A stretch of DNA of 52,996 bases from Phycisphaerae bacterium (GCA_963675745.2 CAXXWX010000022.1:1-52996), one strand, 5' to 3'. Shown: positions 18,110-28,435, counted from the stretch's first letter. Numbers and translations are program-made. The notes: generated by a model not told the origin, from the letters alone.

Positions 18110-20779
18110 ATGCAACGAAACACGCAAACCATCTGGCTCAGACTCGCCTGTGCGGCAGTATTGCTCGCAGGCAGCGCGTCGGTATTGGCCGACCCGTACT
18201 TTTCTCTAGATTCGCTCGATGACTGGAACCAGGCCATGAGCGAGCACATCGTCCCGCTGGAACCCACACAGTGGGACCAGTACATGGACGAGTGGATGAT
18301 GTACACCGAAGAGGGTGATCCTTACCCCTCGACGCTGTTCCAACCGGCACAGCTTTACACGTACGATGAAGGCGGCCCGTTCGAGGCGCCGGGGCTGGTC
18401 ATGGCCTGGGGGCCTGATCCTGTTCCCGGTGACCAGTTCGCCAGCGCCTGGGTCTACGACTACGGCCCCGACCCCAACCTCGCGAACGCCATCATCACCG
18501 TCGCCGTTTTGCCGCCGAGCTGGGGTGGCAGCGGCATCACCCAGATTTCGTTCGGCATCCAGGACATCAACGGCAACACGCGCTCGTGGTACTGGAACGT
18601 CGGCCCCGGTCAGACCATTCCGTGGGACGTCAGCACGTACATCGTGATTGACTGCTCGCAGACCGGCGCCGCGGCGGCCACACCGGTCGCCGACGGTTAC
18701 ATGAACAACCCGGCGTTCAATATCGCCAACGCCCAGCTCTTCATCGCCGACGAGAATGGATCCGTCGTCGATCAGATCCCAGTCCCGCCGCCCGGCGGGC
18801 CGCCCTCGGGGCTCTGGAACTACTGGCACAACCTGACCGTCGAGCCGAAGCTTGGCGAGACCAAGTGGGAGCAGTATCCCTCGTTCAATCCCGATCCGAA
18901 TCAGCCCTTCCCCGATTGCTTCTGGGGTTGGGATGAATACTCGGAGTACCTGCTGGGCCCGATCGCCGCGGACGACTTCCTTTGCCAGACGCCTCTCCCG
19001 ATCACCGACATTCACTGGTGGGGCTCGTACCCCGGTTGGTGGCAGTGGGAGCCGCCTCAGAACGCCCCGCAGACGTTCCACATCGGCATCTGGACGGACG
19101 TGGCACTCAATGACCCCGGCAACATGTTCCCGTATAGCCACCCCGGCCGGCTGATCAAGGAGTGGTGGGTGGCGCGCTCGGCGCTCAATGAGCATGTCGT
19201 CGGCTGCGACTACCACCCGATGATGTTGCTCAACCCGGAGACGACTTTCCGCTATGACTTCCTGATTCCGCAGAGTGACTGGTTCTACCAGGAGGACGGC
19301 GTCAATGTGTACTGGCTGAGCATCGCGCCGGTCAACGCCGCTGGCGCGGACTTCTATCCGTGGGGTTGGCTTACACGCCAGCCGGTCTGGAACGACGCCG
19401 CGATTCGTATAAACCAGCCGCAGGCTCCGGTCATCGGTAGTGTGTTCCAGTATGGCGACCCAATCATGATCGGTGCCGAGGAGGCGTGGGATCTTGCCTT
19501 CGTCCTGACGACCACGTTTGAAGAGCCCGAGCCCTACCTGATCGAGTTCTCGCTCGACATCGGTTCTGACACCGAGATGAGCGATCCGCAGCGCGACGGC
19601 GACGAAGGCTTCGATCCGGGCGACGTCTACTGGTGGCAGGGCGCGCCGGTCAATTACCCCGGTCGCGACGGCTTCAAGGATGACACGTTCATCTTCAGCG
19701 GCTTTGACCCGTGGCCGGACCCGCCCGATCCCAACTACACCACGGCCGCTCCGGTCGGCTACGGTACGCCGCAGGATTACTACGAGTGGTTCGACCTCGA
19801 CGGCCATGATCAGATCGAGCTTGACCTTACCGAGATCGTGCCCCTCGAGGAGCCGCTGACGCATCCGATCAGTTCGATGGTATCGCAGTGCATCTACGAC
19901 CCGTACCACCTGCTCATTTCGTTCGACGATGACATGCGTCCCGGTTACATCACGGGCGATGTACCGGTGGCCGCCCCATCGCCGGCCGGTGTCAGCAGCT
20001 ACGGCTCGACCGCTACGGTAGACGAGGTGATCGCAATCGACCTGATGCCCGCGGCCACGTTGCCTTTGCCGATCGCGGCCGTCATGCCGTTTGCCGACGA
20101 GGTCACCGTACACGGCAGCCTCGCGCCGAACCCGGATACGGGCGACGACAAGGACGACGATGACGTCGATTCTCTCGACATCGTCCCTGATCGGCAGCTC
20201 TGCCCGAACTGGTACTTCAGCCCCGACCATGAGGCCAACCTCACGCTGGATCCCGGCGCGATCTACCTGGCCACTGCCGCCGGTCCGGTCAAGGTCATCG
20301 ACGAGATCCACTATGGCCTGCCCGATGACGTCGACATCGATGCCTTCGAGTTTGTCTACCTGACCGATCCGTCCGGGCTGTACGGGCTGGGCGTGATCTT
20401 CAGTGTTGACGAAGACGACCCGGTCACGCCGGGTGACGAGTCAGGCGGCCTTCCGCCGGACATGCTCTTCGGCTCGCTGCTGATGGGCACGTTCTTCCAG
20501 GTGAGCGATCCCCTGGGCGACGACATCGACGCCGTCACCTGCTGGAGAGACACGCTGATCGAGGGGCCGCCTTGCCTCGATCCGGGTGACTCGAACTGCG
20601 ACGGGCTCGTCAACAATGGCGACATCGATCCGTTCGTGGTCGCGGTCTCGGCTGGTCAAGCCGCCTGGGAGGCGCTGCCGACGTCGACCTGTGACTTCTT
20701 CTGTGCCAATGACGTCAACAACGATGGCTTGGTGAACAACGGCGACATTGATCCGTTCGTCGCACTACTCTCCAAGTAA
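18110..20779 (+). CDS. Large acidic secreted multidomain protein with C-terminal dockerin-like repeat
   Basis: GGGAGG RBS, signal peptide; KWEQ.P...ADDFLC...ITDIHWWGSY domain; repeated FS.D / D[IVL]D[AGS] motifs; GDSNCDGLVNNGDIDPFV and DVNNDGLVNNGDIDPFV. Confidence 0.85.
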   Translation: MQRNTQTIWLRLACAAVLLAGSASVLADPYFSLDSLDDWNQAMSEHIVPLEPTQWDQYMDEWMMYTEEGDPYPSTLFQPAQLYTYDEGGPFEAPGLVMAWGPDPVPGDQFASAWVYDYGPDPNLANAIITVAVLPPSWGGSGITQISFGIQDINGNTRSWYWNVGPGQTIPWDVSTYIVIDCSQTGAAAATPVADGYMNNPAFNIANAQLFIADENGSVVDQIPVPPPGGPPSGLWNYWHNLTVEPKLGETKWEQYPSFNPDPNQPFPDCFWGWDEYSEYLLGPIAADDFLCQTPLPITDIHWWGSYPGWWQWEPPQNAPQTFHIGIWTDVALNDPGNMFPYSHPGRLIKEWWVARSALNEHVVGCDYHPMMLLNPETTFRYDFLIPQSDWFYQEDGVNVYWLSIAPVNAAGADFYPWGWLTRQPVWNDAAIRINQPQAPVIGSVFQYGDPIMIGAEEAWDLAFVLTTTFEEPEPYLIEFSLDIGSDTEMSDPQRDGDEGFDPGDVYWWQGAPVNYPGRDGFKDDTFIFSGFDPWPDPPDPNYTTAAPVGYGTPQDYYEWFDLDGHDQIELDLTEIVPLEEPLTHPISSMVSQCIYDPYHLLISFDDDMRPGYITGDVPVAAPSPAGVSSYGSTATVDEVIAIDLMPAATLPLPIAAVMPFADEVTVHGSLAPNPDTGDDKDDDDVDSLDIVPDRQLCPNWYFSPDHEANLTLDPGAIYLATAAGPVKVIDEIHYGLPDDVDIDAFEFVYLTDPSGLYGLGVIFSVDEDDPVTPGDESGGLPPDMLFGSLLMGTFFQVSDPLGDDIDAVTCWRDTLIEGPPCLDPGDSNCDGLVNNGDIDPFVVAVSAGQAAWEALPTSTCDFFCANDVNNDGLVNNGDIDPFVALLSK

Positions 20780-20804
20780 TGGACCCTGGCTGACTCCTCA
20801 CGCC

Positions 20805-20841
20805 GGCGGGCCGCTCACTATGGGCGGCCCGCCATCTTTTT
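20805..20841 (+). terminator. Rho-independent terminator
   Basis: GGCGGGCCGCTCA-cta-TGGGCGGCCCGCC followed by ATCTTTTT. Confidence 0.8.
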
Positions 20842-20870
20842 GCGCAACGCACCGCAGGGAAGTGCCGAAC

Positions 20871-20970
20871 AGCTATCAGCCGTCAGCCATCAGCGGTCAG
20901 CTTGCAGCGAGCGTGGCCAGTACGTTCGTTGCTGTCCGTAGCTGATCGCTGATGGCTGAACGCTGATCGC
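20871..20970. repeat. Inverted pair of heptamer arrays (nnTCAGC)n ... (GCTGAnn)n
   Basis: agctatcagccgtcagccatcagcggtcagc and gctgatcgctgatggctgaacgctgatcgc, between convergent genes. Confidence 0.75.
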
Positions 20971-20976
20971 CATTCG

Positions 20977-22260
20977 CTATTTCCCCACCACCCGCAGCGG
21001 CGCCGGACAGCGGATCATTCGCAGCGACGACCACGCCACTGGCGGCGCATCAAGCGCGCTTCTGAGCCAGTCCTTCAGCACATGGGCATAGATGCGTTCC
21101 TGGCAGGCCAGGTTGAACTCCACCAGGTGCAACGCCTGTTTTACGGCCGCGAGATCGAGCGTGTGTCGTCGCTCTGCGCCGGCCAGTGCCCGCGCGTACA
21201 TCACCACGGCCCCGATGTCGAGGATGTGCTGGTGCATGCCGGCCATGATCGGGAGCTGAGTGCCCGCCGGGTTCTGCTGCCAGATGCGCGACGTGATGTA
21301 GCGGCACAGCAGTGCGGTGCCCGCATCGTCGAGCTGCGAATCGGCCGCGCACGAGACCACTTCGTCGAACCTCACATTGCGCTTAAGCAGCCGGCTGGCG
21401 TATCCGCCACGCAACGTCGTCAGTGAAATGAGCTTGGGGATGAGGGTCAAGCGACGCAGGAAGCTCATGCCGCGCTCGTGCGCCTGCTCCACCGGCAACG
21501 TGTCCTTGAACAGCGTGATCGCGAACAGGAACCGGCTCGGCATCGGTGCCGCGGCGGCCGACTCAAACGGCTCCAGGGCAGGTATGTCCAGATCGTCGGT
21601 GAGCGTTCCATTCGCCAGCGCCCTGGTTAACTCGTCGTCCGGCATCTCCACAACACGCCGTAGCGTGGCGAGCGTCTGGACAAAACGTGCGGTGATTGAG
21701 CCCGGGCGCGATGCATCGAAGAACCGGCGTAGCTCGCTCATCAGCCTCGTGGCATCGTCGCGCGCCAGCGACCTGTCCAGCGTCAGCGCCACGGGCTTCT
21801 CCGGCTCGACAGGCCGCTTCGAGACCGGCGCGCATCGTTGCACCATTTCGGCCTGGTCGCACAGGCGCGCCCCGCTGCCCGCCTGCACCGCCGGACACCC
21901 ATAGTTGACCGACACGTAGTCGGCGTCGGCCGCCCGGCTGGGGATCAGCGGAAACTGCCCGCACATGACCGGCTTGGCTTCGGGGCCGAGCTTTTTGTGG
22001 ATACGGCACAGGTTGTCGGCGTCGAGGAACACGCAGCGGAAATCGGCGCGTTTCGCGAGCACCAGCGTCTTCCCGTTGCCGCGCTTGACCGAACGATAGA
22101 GCGACGCGCCGGCCATCTCGGGCCAATCGGCCGCCCAATCAACCGAGTCCACAACCGCCGCCTTATCGGGCTCGATAACCACATCCCACGGCTGGCTGCA
22201 GCACGAGCCGCAACTGCCGCACTCGAAGTTGAGGGTAGGATCGATAATCTGTCGGCGCAT
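20977..22260 (-). CDS. YkgJ/CxxCxxCC family Fe-S/Zn cluster protein (FliB-like length)
   Basis: FECGSCGSCC, CVFL....C.IH...G...KP.MCGQFP, CP; AGGAG RBS before ATG 22260. Confidence 0.8.
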   Translation of the reverse strand: MRRQIIDPTLNFECGSCGSCCSQPWDVVIEPDKAAVVDSVDWAADWPEMAGASLYRSVKRGNGKTLVLAKRADFRCVFLDADNLCRIHKKLGPEAKPVMCGQFPLIPSRAADADYVSVNYGCPAVQAGSGARLCDQAEMVQRCAPVSKRPVEPEKPVALTLDRSLARDDATRLMSELRRFFDASRPGSITARFVQTLATLRRVVEMPDDELTRALANGTLTDDLDIPALEPFESAAAAPMPSRFLFAITLFKDTLPVEQAHERGMSFLRRLTLIPKLISLTTLRGGYASRLLKRNVRFDEVVSCAADSQLDDAGTALLCRYITSRIWQQNPAGTQLPIMAGMHQHILDIGAVVMYARALAGAERRHTLDLAAVKQALHLVEFNLACQERIYAHVLKDWLRSALDAPPVAWSSLRMIRCPAPLRVVGK

Positions 22261-22430
22261 GCGCAGTCTCCTGCTCAATCGTCAGGTTTGTGGCATGCGT
22301 GGTATCGGAGTGCCGGCGCGCGGCCTTGACCAACGATTGCCATCCGGGCGCCGGTTCGGTTACGATTGCCGCGACACGACGGTCGCGGGAGCGCATCTCG
22401 GCGGGGCGCACTTGCTCAAAGGGGATGATC

Positions 22431-23606
22431 ATGCTGGTCGCGGTCTGCCCACAATGCCGAAAGAAACTCAAGATTCCAGATAACCTAGCCGGCCAGCAGG
22501 GACGATGCCCCGCCTGCAATGCGCTGTTTCAGATTCCGCCGCGCGTGACGAGCGACGCCGCGGCACCGGCACCATCCGACGCAACCACAGATGACCCACC
22601 ATCGCAGCCCCCTGCCGTACCGCCAACCCTGTCAGAACACGCCCCGTTAGTGCCGGCGTCGATTCGTGCCGATGCCGGGGCCGCGGTAACGCGCGCCTTG
22701 GGAAGTCTCGCCATGGCACTTAGCGCCCGAAAACTCGTGTTCTTTATTGTGGCGTCGATCATCTGGGCCATCGTCACCGGCGTGATGATGACCCTGGCAT
22801 TCGAACTGACGAAGCGCTCCGACAACGCGCGGAGCATCGTCAGCCTGCTCGTGCTCGCATTGGCCGCCGCCCTGATGGGCGTTGTCGCCGGCGGCGTCGT
22901 TCATCTTGTACATGCGCAGCGCGAAGGCAGGCCGGCGGGCATCGGCAGCGCGTTTCTGCATTGCATTCGCCGCTTTGTCCCGCTTTTCCTCGGCATGCTC
23001 GCCCTGTTTGCCGCGATTGTGGCGGTTTTTGGGCTGGTCAGTTGGGTCGTCTTCACGCTGGACGAGAGCTCGGGCATCGGCGCCCTGCTGATGGCCCTGC
23101 TATATCTGCCACAATGGGCGCTGAATCTCACGCTGCTTATGGGCATCCTGGTCAGCGTATTGATGCCCTGCATCGTGGTGGTCGACCAATCCGGCCCGCT
23201 GAAGGCTCTGGCGCGCATGGCCCAGTTGTTACGCACGCGCCTGGTCGATGTGATCATCCATTTCGCGATCACGCTCGTCCTGGCCTGGCTGGTCATCGGC
23301 CTGCTCGGCTTGCTCGTCGCGTCCGTGACGTTCGTCACCTCCTTTTCAAACGGCGGCGGAACGTTGCGGGAGATGATCGAGCAGTTGCAGCTCGGGTCAC
23401 AACAGGCCGACAGCTTTGAAGCTTTCCTGGCGGCGGCGGAAAAACAGAAGAGCGACAGCGCCAGAAACGCGGCGGTCGGCCTCCGCGCGTTCTTTGTGCT
23501 CCTGCTCCTGCTGATCGTGCTGGCCTATCCGGCGGTGTATGGAATCGCCAGCTTCACGGACTTTTACCGTGCCATCCGCGGCACAATCCCGCGCGCGGGT
23601 CCCTGA
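22431..23606 (+). CDS. Membrane protein with N-terminal planctomycete-type zinc ribbon
   Basis: CPQCRKKLKIPDNLAGQQGRCPAC, Pro/Ala linker, about 6 TM helices. Confidence 0.8.
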   Translation: MLVAVCPQCRKKLKIPDNLAGQQGRCPACNALFQIPPRVTSDAAAPAPSDATTDDPPSQPPAVPPTLSEHAPLVPASIRADAGAAVTRALGSLAMALSARKLVFFIVASIIWAIVTGVMMTLAFELTKRSDNARSIVSLLVLALAAALMGVVAGGVVHLVHAQREGRPAGIGSAFLHCIRRFVPLFLGMLALFAAIVAVFGLVSWVVFTLDESSGIGALLMALLYLPQWALNLTLLMGILVSVLMPCIVVVDQSGPLKALARMAQLLRTRLVDVIIHFAITLVLAWLVIGLLGLLVASVTFVTSFSNGGGTLREMIEQLQLGSQQADSFEAFLAAAEKQKSDSARNAAVGLRAFFVLLLLLIVLAYPAVYGIASFTDFYRAIRGTIPRAGP

Positions 23607-23682
23607 TCAGCGAGCAGCGGCCGCACGCGCGCCATCGAGCCGCCGCGCCTCACCCGTCAACGTACCGGCATACCGTAGCGGC

Positions 23683-23796
23683 AAACCGTAGCGGCCGACC
23701 CCCGAGTCGGCCGTGCGAAGCTGGGCGTGTGCCACGGCTCTGTGAGCCGTGCTGTGCGACGGCAAGAAACGCACGGCTCACAGAGCCGTGGTACAC
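23683..23796. repeat. REP cluster (families B and C)
   Basis: GTAGCGGCCGACCCCCGAGTCGGCCG (also 42915) and an inverted doublet GTGCCACGGCTCTGTGAGCCGTGC / GCACGGCTCACAGAGCCGTGGTAC (also 43046). Confidence 0.8.
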
Positions 23797-23831
23797 AGCA
23801 GCCGGTTCGACGGGTTGGCGTATTGGGAATA

Positions 23832-24185
23832 TCAGGACGCCTCCAGGTCCGATCGGCGATATTCGGTGCCGCACTCCGGGCAACGGCCTTCGCCGGGCAA
23901 ACCGGTTAATTCGTAGCCACACTCGTGGCAATAGGGCCGATTGCTGGGGATGGCGAGGTCGGTGATCCAGCGGCCGCCGAAGAAGAGATACAGGCCGACG
24001 ACCAGGCCGATGCCTTGTTGAAACATCCCGGACAACTGGTAGGACATGTACACGCTGCCGAAGTCGCCGGTCATCACGGTGTACCCGACGGCTATACAGG
24101 TGCCGGTCGCCCAACCTATGCTACTGCCGATCAGAAGCAAGCCGATCAGCTTCACACCCAATCGAAACGCCGTCTTGTATTTCAT
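23832..24185 (-). CDS. Small membrane protein with C-terminal CxxCGYxLxGL...CPECG zinc ribbon
   Basis: Two TM helices then CHECGYELTGLPGEGRCPECG; ATGA overlap with the upstream gene. Confidence 0.8.
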   Translation of the reverse strand: MKYKTAFRLGVKLIGLLLIGSSIGWATGTCIAVGYTVMTGDFGSVYMSYQLSGMFQQGIGLVVGLYLFFGGRWITDLAIPSNRPYCHECGYELTGLPGEGRCPECGTEYRRSDLEAS

Positions 24186-24562
24186 GCCTGCTCCTCGCGC
24201 TCAGGCGGTTCAAAGCGATAGGCATCGCCGCACTCAGGACAGCGGCCCTCGTCGGGCAGGCCGCGGAGCGAGTAGCCGCAAGTCAGGCACGTGCGGTCTC
24301 TGGCGCGAGCGAGCAAGTTCACCAACCAGCGTGGTCCCGTCAGTAGATACAGTCCCGCTCCCAACTGGATTGCCACCGGAACGACGGCCGCCACGACATC
24401 AGCGAGCAACGATGGTTCCGGCTGTCCAACCCAGCGAGCCTGATACGCGGATCGGCCCCAAAACACCCACGCGAGCGATTGCGCCAGACCCGGCAACGCG
24501 ATGACGATGGCTGCCAGGCCGACGACCCTGAGCATGAAACGCAGCGCCGCCTTCTCGTTCAT
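24182..24562 (-). CDS. Paralogous small membrane protein with zinc ribbon
   Basis: Two TM helices then CLTCGYSLRGLPDEGRCPECG; ATGA overlaps at both ends. Confidence 0.8.
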   Translation of the reverse strand: MNEKAALRFMLRVVGLAAIVIALPGLAQSLAWVFWGRSAYQARWVGQPEPSLLADVVAAVVPVAIQLGAGLYLLTGPRWLVNLLARARDRTCLTCGYSLRGLPDEGRCPECGDAYRFEPPEREEQA

Positions 24563-25182
24563 TGCTTGCTCCCGCTATGCGCCCTCGGATCGCGGCACAG
24601 GACTAGCGCAAGTTGATTCGACCACAGGAAGGACGGCACACAGAATAGCGCCGCCAGCGCCAATTGAAATAGCGGATAGAGCAACCACTGGCTGCCAGAC
24701 GAGCTCGTGGGCAGGTCAGTTAGCACGAACGTAGAACCGTCTGCTGCCACCCTTGCGAGCGTCATGGCGGTGATCAGAATCGCCGCCCCGCGCAACGTCA
24801 CCGCGAGTGCCGCCGCCTCACACCACACCAACCGGCCGTGGCACGCGTTGCTCTTAAGGTCGCCGCCGCAATTGACGCACGGTCCTACGGACGCTTGGTC
24901 CCAGCCACACAAGGCACAGACGCGACCACCGAAGGGGACAGTCCACCGTGCGATCATGCGACGACACAGGATGAGCCCGAAGGCAAGGCCGAAGTGAACA
25001 ATCGCTGGCAGCAGGGCGAGGCGCGCTTCGACAGAGTAAGCTGGGTGCGGCGCCAATCGACCCGTGAGCCAGAATCCCGCGATGGCCGGAAACGCGATTT
25101 GGGCAGCACCGGCTGCTGCCATCACGAGGCAATACACAGCCAACGCCTTCACTGCCGCCAACATCAGTGTGTGTGGGTGCAT
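24559..25182 (-). CDS. Divergent paralogue: TM-TM-zinc ribbon-TM-TM
   Basis: CALCGWDQASVGPCVNCG between two TM pairs; GGGGGA RBS before ATG 25182. Confidence 0.65.
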   Translation of the reverse strand: MHPHTLMLAAVKALAVYCLVMAAAGAAQIAFPAIAGFWLTGRLAPHPAYSVEARLALLPAIVHFGLAFGLILCRRMIARWTVPFGGRVCALCGWDQASVGPCVNCGGDLKSNACHGRLVWCEAAALAVTLRGAAILITAMTLARVAADGSTFVLTDLPTSSSGSQWLLYPLFQLALAALFCVPSFLWSNQLALVLCRDPRAHSGSKQ

Positions 25183-25208
25183 CGCATCCCCCAACTCACT
25201 CTGAGATC

Positions 25209-27149
25209 CTACTTCCCAAGCGCCTCCCCCAACCCGGGCACACCCTCAGCCCCAGTTTTCACCTCAAGACTCGCCCCCTCGAAATCCCCGCCTGCTTCCT
25301 CATACCGTCCACCCAGGTGCTTCGCCAGAAACGCCTCGGCGATGGCGTTGAAGGACATTGTGTTTTCCGGCCGGGCGAAGCCGTGGCCTTCGTCGGGGTA
25401 GAGGACGTATGTCACCGGGATGTTCTTTTCCCGCATCGCCGTCACGATCTGGTCGCTCTCGGCCTGCTTCACACGCGGGTCGTTGGCGCCTTGTCCGATC
25501 AACAGCGGCCGCGCGATCCGGTCCACCTGCGACAGCGGCGAGCGCGACGTCAGAAAGGCCTTGCCCTCGTCCGTGCGATGATCGCCCACGCGCGTCGTGA
25601 ACAGATCGAGCATCGGCTTCCAATAGTCGGGGATCGATTCGAGCAGCGTCACCAGGTTCGACACGCCGACGATATCAACGCCGCACGCGAAGACGTCGGG
25701 CGTAAACGTCAGGCCGACGAGCACCGCATAGCCGCCATAGCTGCCGCCCATGATGGCGACCTTGTCGCGCTGGGCGATGCCGGTCTCGACCGCCCAGTTC
25801 ACGGCGTCGAGCAGATCGTCGTGCATCTTGGCCCCCCACTCCTTGTTCGCCGCATTGATAAACGACTTGCCCAGCCCGGTCGAACCGCGGAAATTCACGC
25901 TCAGCACGGCGTAGCCACGATTGGCCAGCCACTGATGCTCGGCGTTATAGCCCCACTCGTCGCGATACCACGGCCCGCCGTGCACCAGCAGCACCATCGG
26001 CAGCGGCTCGGCCGGCTTGCCACCCTTGTCGAGGTGCGGCGGCAGCGACAGGTAGTTCACCAGTTTCATGCCGTCGCGTGACGAGATGATGACCGGGTGC
26101 ATCTTTGCCAGCGTGGCACTTTCCAGCGCGCTGCGATTCGTGAAGAGGAACCTCACAGCGTCCGCCGTTCGATCGTAGTGGTAATAGCTGATCGGCCCAT
26201 CGTCGCGGATATACGCCACGATCCAGTGCTTGTCATCGAGCGAGCGATCTACGACCTCCATATCGCCGTCGCACACGCCGCCGAGCTTGTCCAGATCACC
26301 GGCGACACTCTCGTCGAGCACAAGCCAGCACTTGCGGTCATAGGTCACCGCGGCGGCCTGCATGTGGCGCTCGGTGGGATGACGCATGTAATCGCTGATG
26401 TCGGCCTGCGCGTCCTCCAGCAGCAACCGCCTCTCGCCGGATTCGAGATCGATCTGCACCAGCGCCGCCGTGTCGCGCTCGCGACTGTCGAGCATGTACA
26501 GCGTTTTGCCGAGCTTGTCGAAACCGGCCGGGCCGGTGGTCAGCGTATCGTCGGCATCGACGTGTATGTACGGCTCCCAGGCGTCTCCGGCGCGCTTGAG
26601 GAAATCAGCGCTGCCGTCGGGCTGCATGGCCATGCCGATGCGCAGGTTGTAGTCCTCGTCCAGGTTAAAGCCGACAAGCCCCTCGTTCTCATAGATCAAC
26701 GTGCGCTCGCCCGTGCGGATATTCACGCGGTAAAGGTCGTGGAGCTCAGGCTTGCGATCGTTCAGACTGATGATGATCTCGTCGGGGAAGCGCGGACTCA
26801 CTTCCTCGATACGCGCCTGGACACCTTCGAATGGCGTCAGGTCCCGGGTCTCACCGCTATCCAGGTCAACGACGTAAACGCGCCAGTTCTCGTCGCCGGC
26901 CCGATCCTGCAAGTAGACAACGTGCGCGTTGGTCTGGGCCCAGAAATAGTGGCGGATGCCGCGAAACTTGTCGTCGGTCACCGGCTTGGCCGACGCCGGG
27001 TCATCAAGCGGCCCGACCCAGACGTTGAGCACGCCCCTCACGTCGGCCAGAAACGCCAATCGCCGCCCATCAGGGCTAACCCGCGGCGACGCTTTGTCAG
27101 GATTACCGAAAAGGACCTTCCGCGAAATGAGCTCCGGGGTGGCGGTCAT
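25209..27149 (-). CDS. S9 family peptidase (dipeptidyl aminopeptidase/acylaminoacyl peptidase)
   Basis: VHGGP, NFRGSTG, GGSYGGY, GANDPRV, DEGHGF; N-terminal propeller. Confidence 0.95.
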   Translation of the reverse strand: MTATPELISRKVLFGNPDKASPRVSPDGRRLAFLADVRGVLNVWVGPLDDPASAKPVTDDKFRGIRHYFWAQTNAHVVYLQDRAGDENWRVYVVDLDSGETRDLTPFEGVQARIEEVSPRFPDEIIISLNDRKPELHDLYRVNIRTGERTLIYENEGLVGFNLDEDYNLRIGMAMQPDGSADFLKRAGDAWEPYIHVDADDTLTTGPAGFDKLGKTLYMLDSRERDTAALVQIDLESGERRLLLEDAQADISDYMRHPTERHMQAAAVTYDRKCWLVLDESVAGDLDKLGGVCDGDMEVVDRSLDDKHWIVAYIRDDGPISYYHYDRTADAVRFLFTNRSALESATLAKMHPVIISSRDGMKLVNYLSLPPHLDKGGKPAEPLPMVLLVHGGPWYRDEWGYNAEHQWLANRGYAVLSVNFRGSTGLGKSFINAANKEWGAKMHDDLLDAVNWAVETGIAQRDKVAIMGGSYGGYAVLVGLTFTPDVFACGVDIVGVSNLVTLLESIPDYWKPMLDLFTTRVGDHRTDEGKAFLTSRSPLSQVDRIARPLLIGQGANDPRVKQAESDQIVTAMREKNIPVTYVLYPDEGHGFARPENTMSFNAIAEAFLAKHLGGRYEEAGGDFEGASLEVKTGAEGVPGLGEALGK

Positions 27150-27300
27150 GGATATCCTCTGGGATTTGTGGAATAGACCAATGCGGCGCAAGCGACGCGC
27201 CCGCCGCGCCGTGCGTAGGTATTAGAACGCCCCGGCCGGATGATGCAACCGGCGTTAGACTTGGTGCGCGTGACGTGAGCGCGCCTGGATTTGCGCACAG

Positions 27301-27340
27301 GGAGACCCCGCGACGTTCGGGTGAACGCCTCGGGGCCTCC
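27301..27340. terminator. Stem-loop downstream of PEP-CTERM gene
   Basis: GGAGACCCCG...CGTTC-gggt-GAACG...CGGGGCCTCC. Confidence 0.45.
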
Positions 27341-27366
27341 TGATTCTTAGCCCTCGCAGCCTCTTT

Positions 27367-28122
27367 CTAGAAGCGTCTGATGATCAACGCAAACGCGCCC
27401 AGGGCGAGGCAGAGTAGTGATGCCGGCTCCGGTGCGACGCCGGTTTCACCCGAGTACGCCGCGTGAATCTGGTAGTCGACGTCGGTGGCCGGGTCGTATA
27501 GCGACGGAACCCAACCATCCGGGGCTCCGAAGAAGTCCAGATCACCACGCATGGCGCCGGGCAGGCCGATCAGGTTATTGCGCTCAGCCACTGTCCCGCC
27601 CACGATGACGCCGACGCCATCGAGCTTGTATGCGGGTGCGTCGGCGTAGCCATACAAGGCCACGTCCACCAACTCGATCGCCCACAGCAGCTCCGGCGTG
27701 CCCATCGCGCCGATCGTTCCGTAAATCATCAGATCGGGACCGGCGTCATTGCCGCCCGTGCCGACCAGACTCACGTCCAGCGTGCCGACGGGGCCGATGT
27801 AGGGCGCATCCTCACTGATGAAATCGACGTCCAGCACGAAATCGCCGCCGAACCCTACCTCGCCAAAGACCGGCTCCACGGGCGGCTCGGGCCACGCGGG
27901 CCAGTAGGCAACGACCTCGCTATCGGTCGGATCTGCCGTGAAGGTCAGCGTATCGGCCGCAGCCCCGTTAGTGGCATACTCCTCCATTTCCGGCGTGCCG
28001 TTGTAGGCGCCAAATGCAAAATCGTGCCCGTTGATTGTCGGGATCAGGGGGGCGGCGAGAGTCATGCTCACGACACCGCCCCCTAGCAGGACTGCTGTCA
28101 GAATCCTATAAACTGATGGCAT
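27367..28122 (-). CDS. PEP-CTERM protein
   Basis: GAGGTGG RBS, signal peptide, C-terminal APEPASLLCLALGAFALIIRRF. Confidence 0.8.
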   Translation of the reverse strand: MPSVYRILTAVLLGGGVVSMTLAAPLIPTINGHDFAFGAYNGTPEMEEYATNGAAADTLTFTADPTDSEVVAYWPAWPEPPVEPVFGEVGFGGDFVLDVDFISEDAPYIGPVGTLDVSLVGTGGNDAGPDLMIYGTIGAMGTPELLWAIELVDVALYGYADAPAYKLDGVGVIVGGTVAERNNLIGLPGAMRGDLDFFGAPDGWVPSLYDPATDVDYQIHAAYSGETGVAPEPASLLCLALGAFALIIRRF

Positions 28123-28435
28123 TTTCCACCTCTCCTGGCCTTGGCCAGATACGCTCAGCCCAGACGCTGAGCCCCGCGCGCACGGACGAGTCTCGTTCGC
28201 GCGCAATCGTTGATATCCGCGCACTTAGCCGCTTGTGTTACAAACCACCTGAGTGCGGGGCAGTAGTCGCCGCGCACTTGCCTCACTAACTCGTAGGCAC
28301 CCTCCAGTGGCGAAGTCAAAACGATTGGTGATAAAAGCCAGATTTGTGTGCAGACCGCGGACGGAGGAGCCAAACGCGGGCGGAAATTGCCGCGTTACGC
28401 GCGGCTACAGGCCATCTGACAGGACGCTGCTCCGC

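Noticed and set aside
18206..20311. 701-aa minus-strand ORF
   Set aside because: Antisense shadow of the secreted-protein gene; no motifs.
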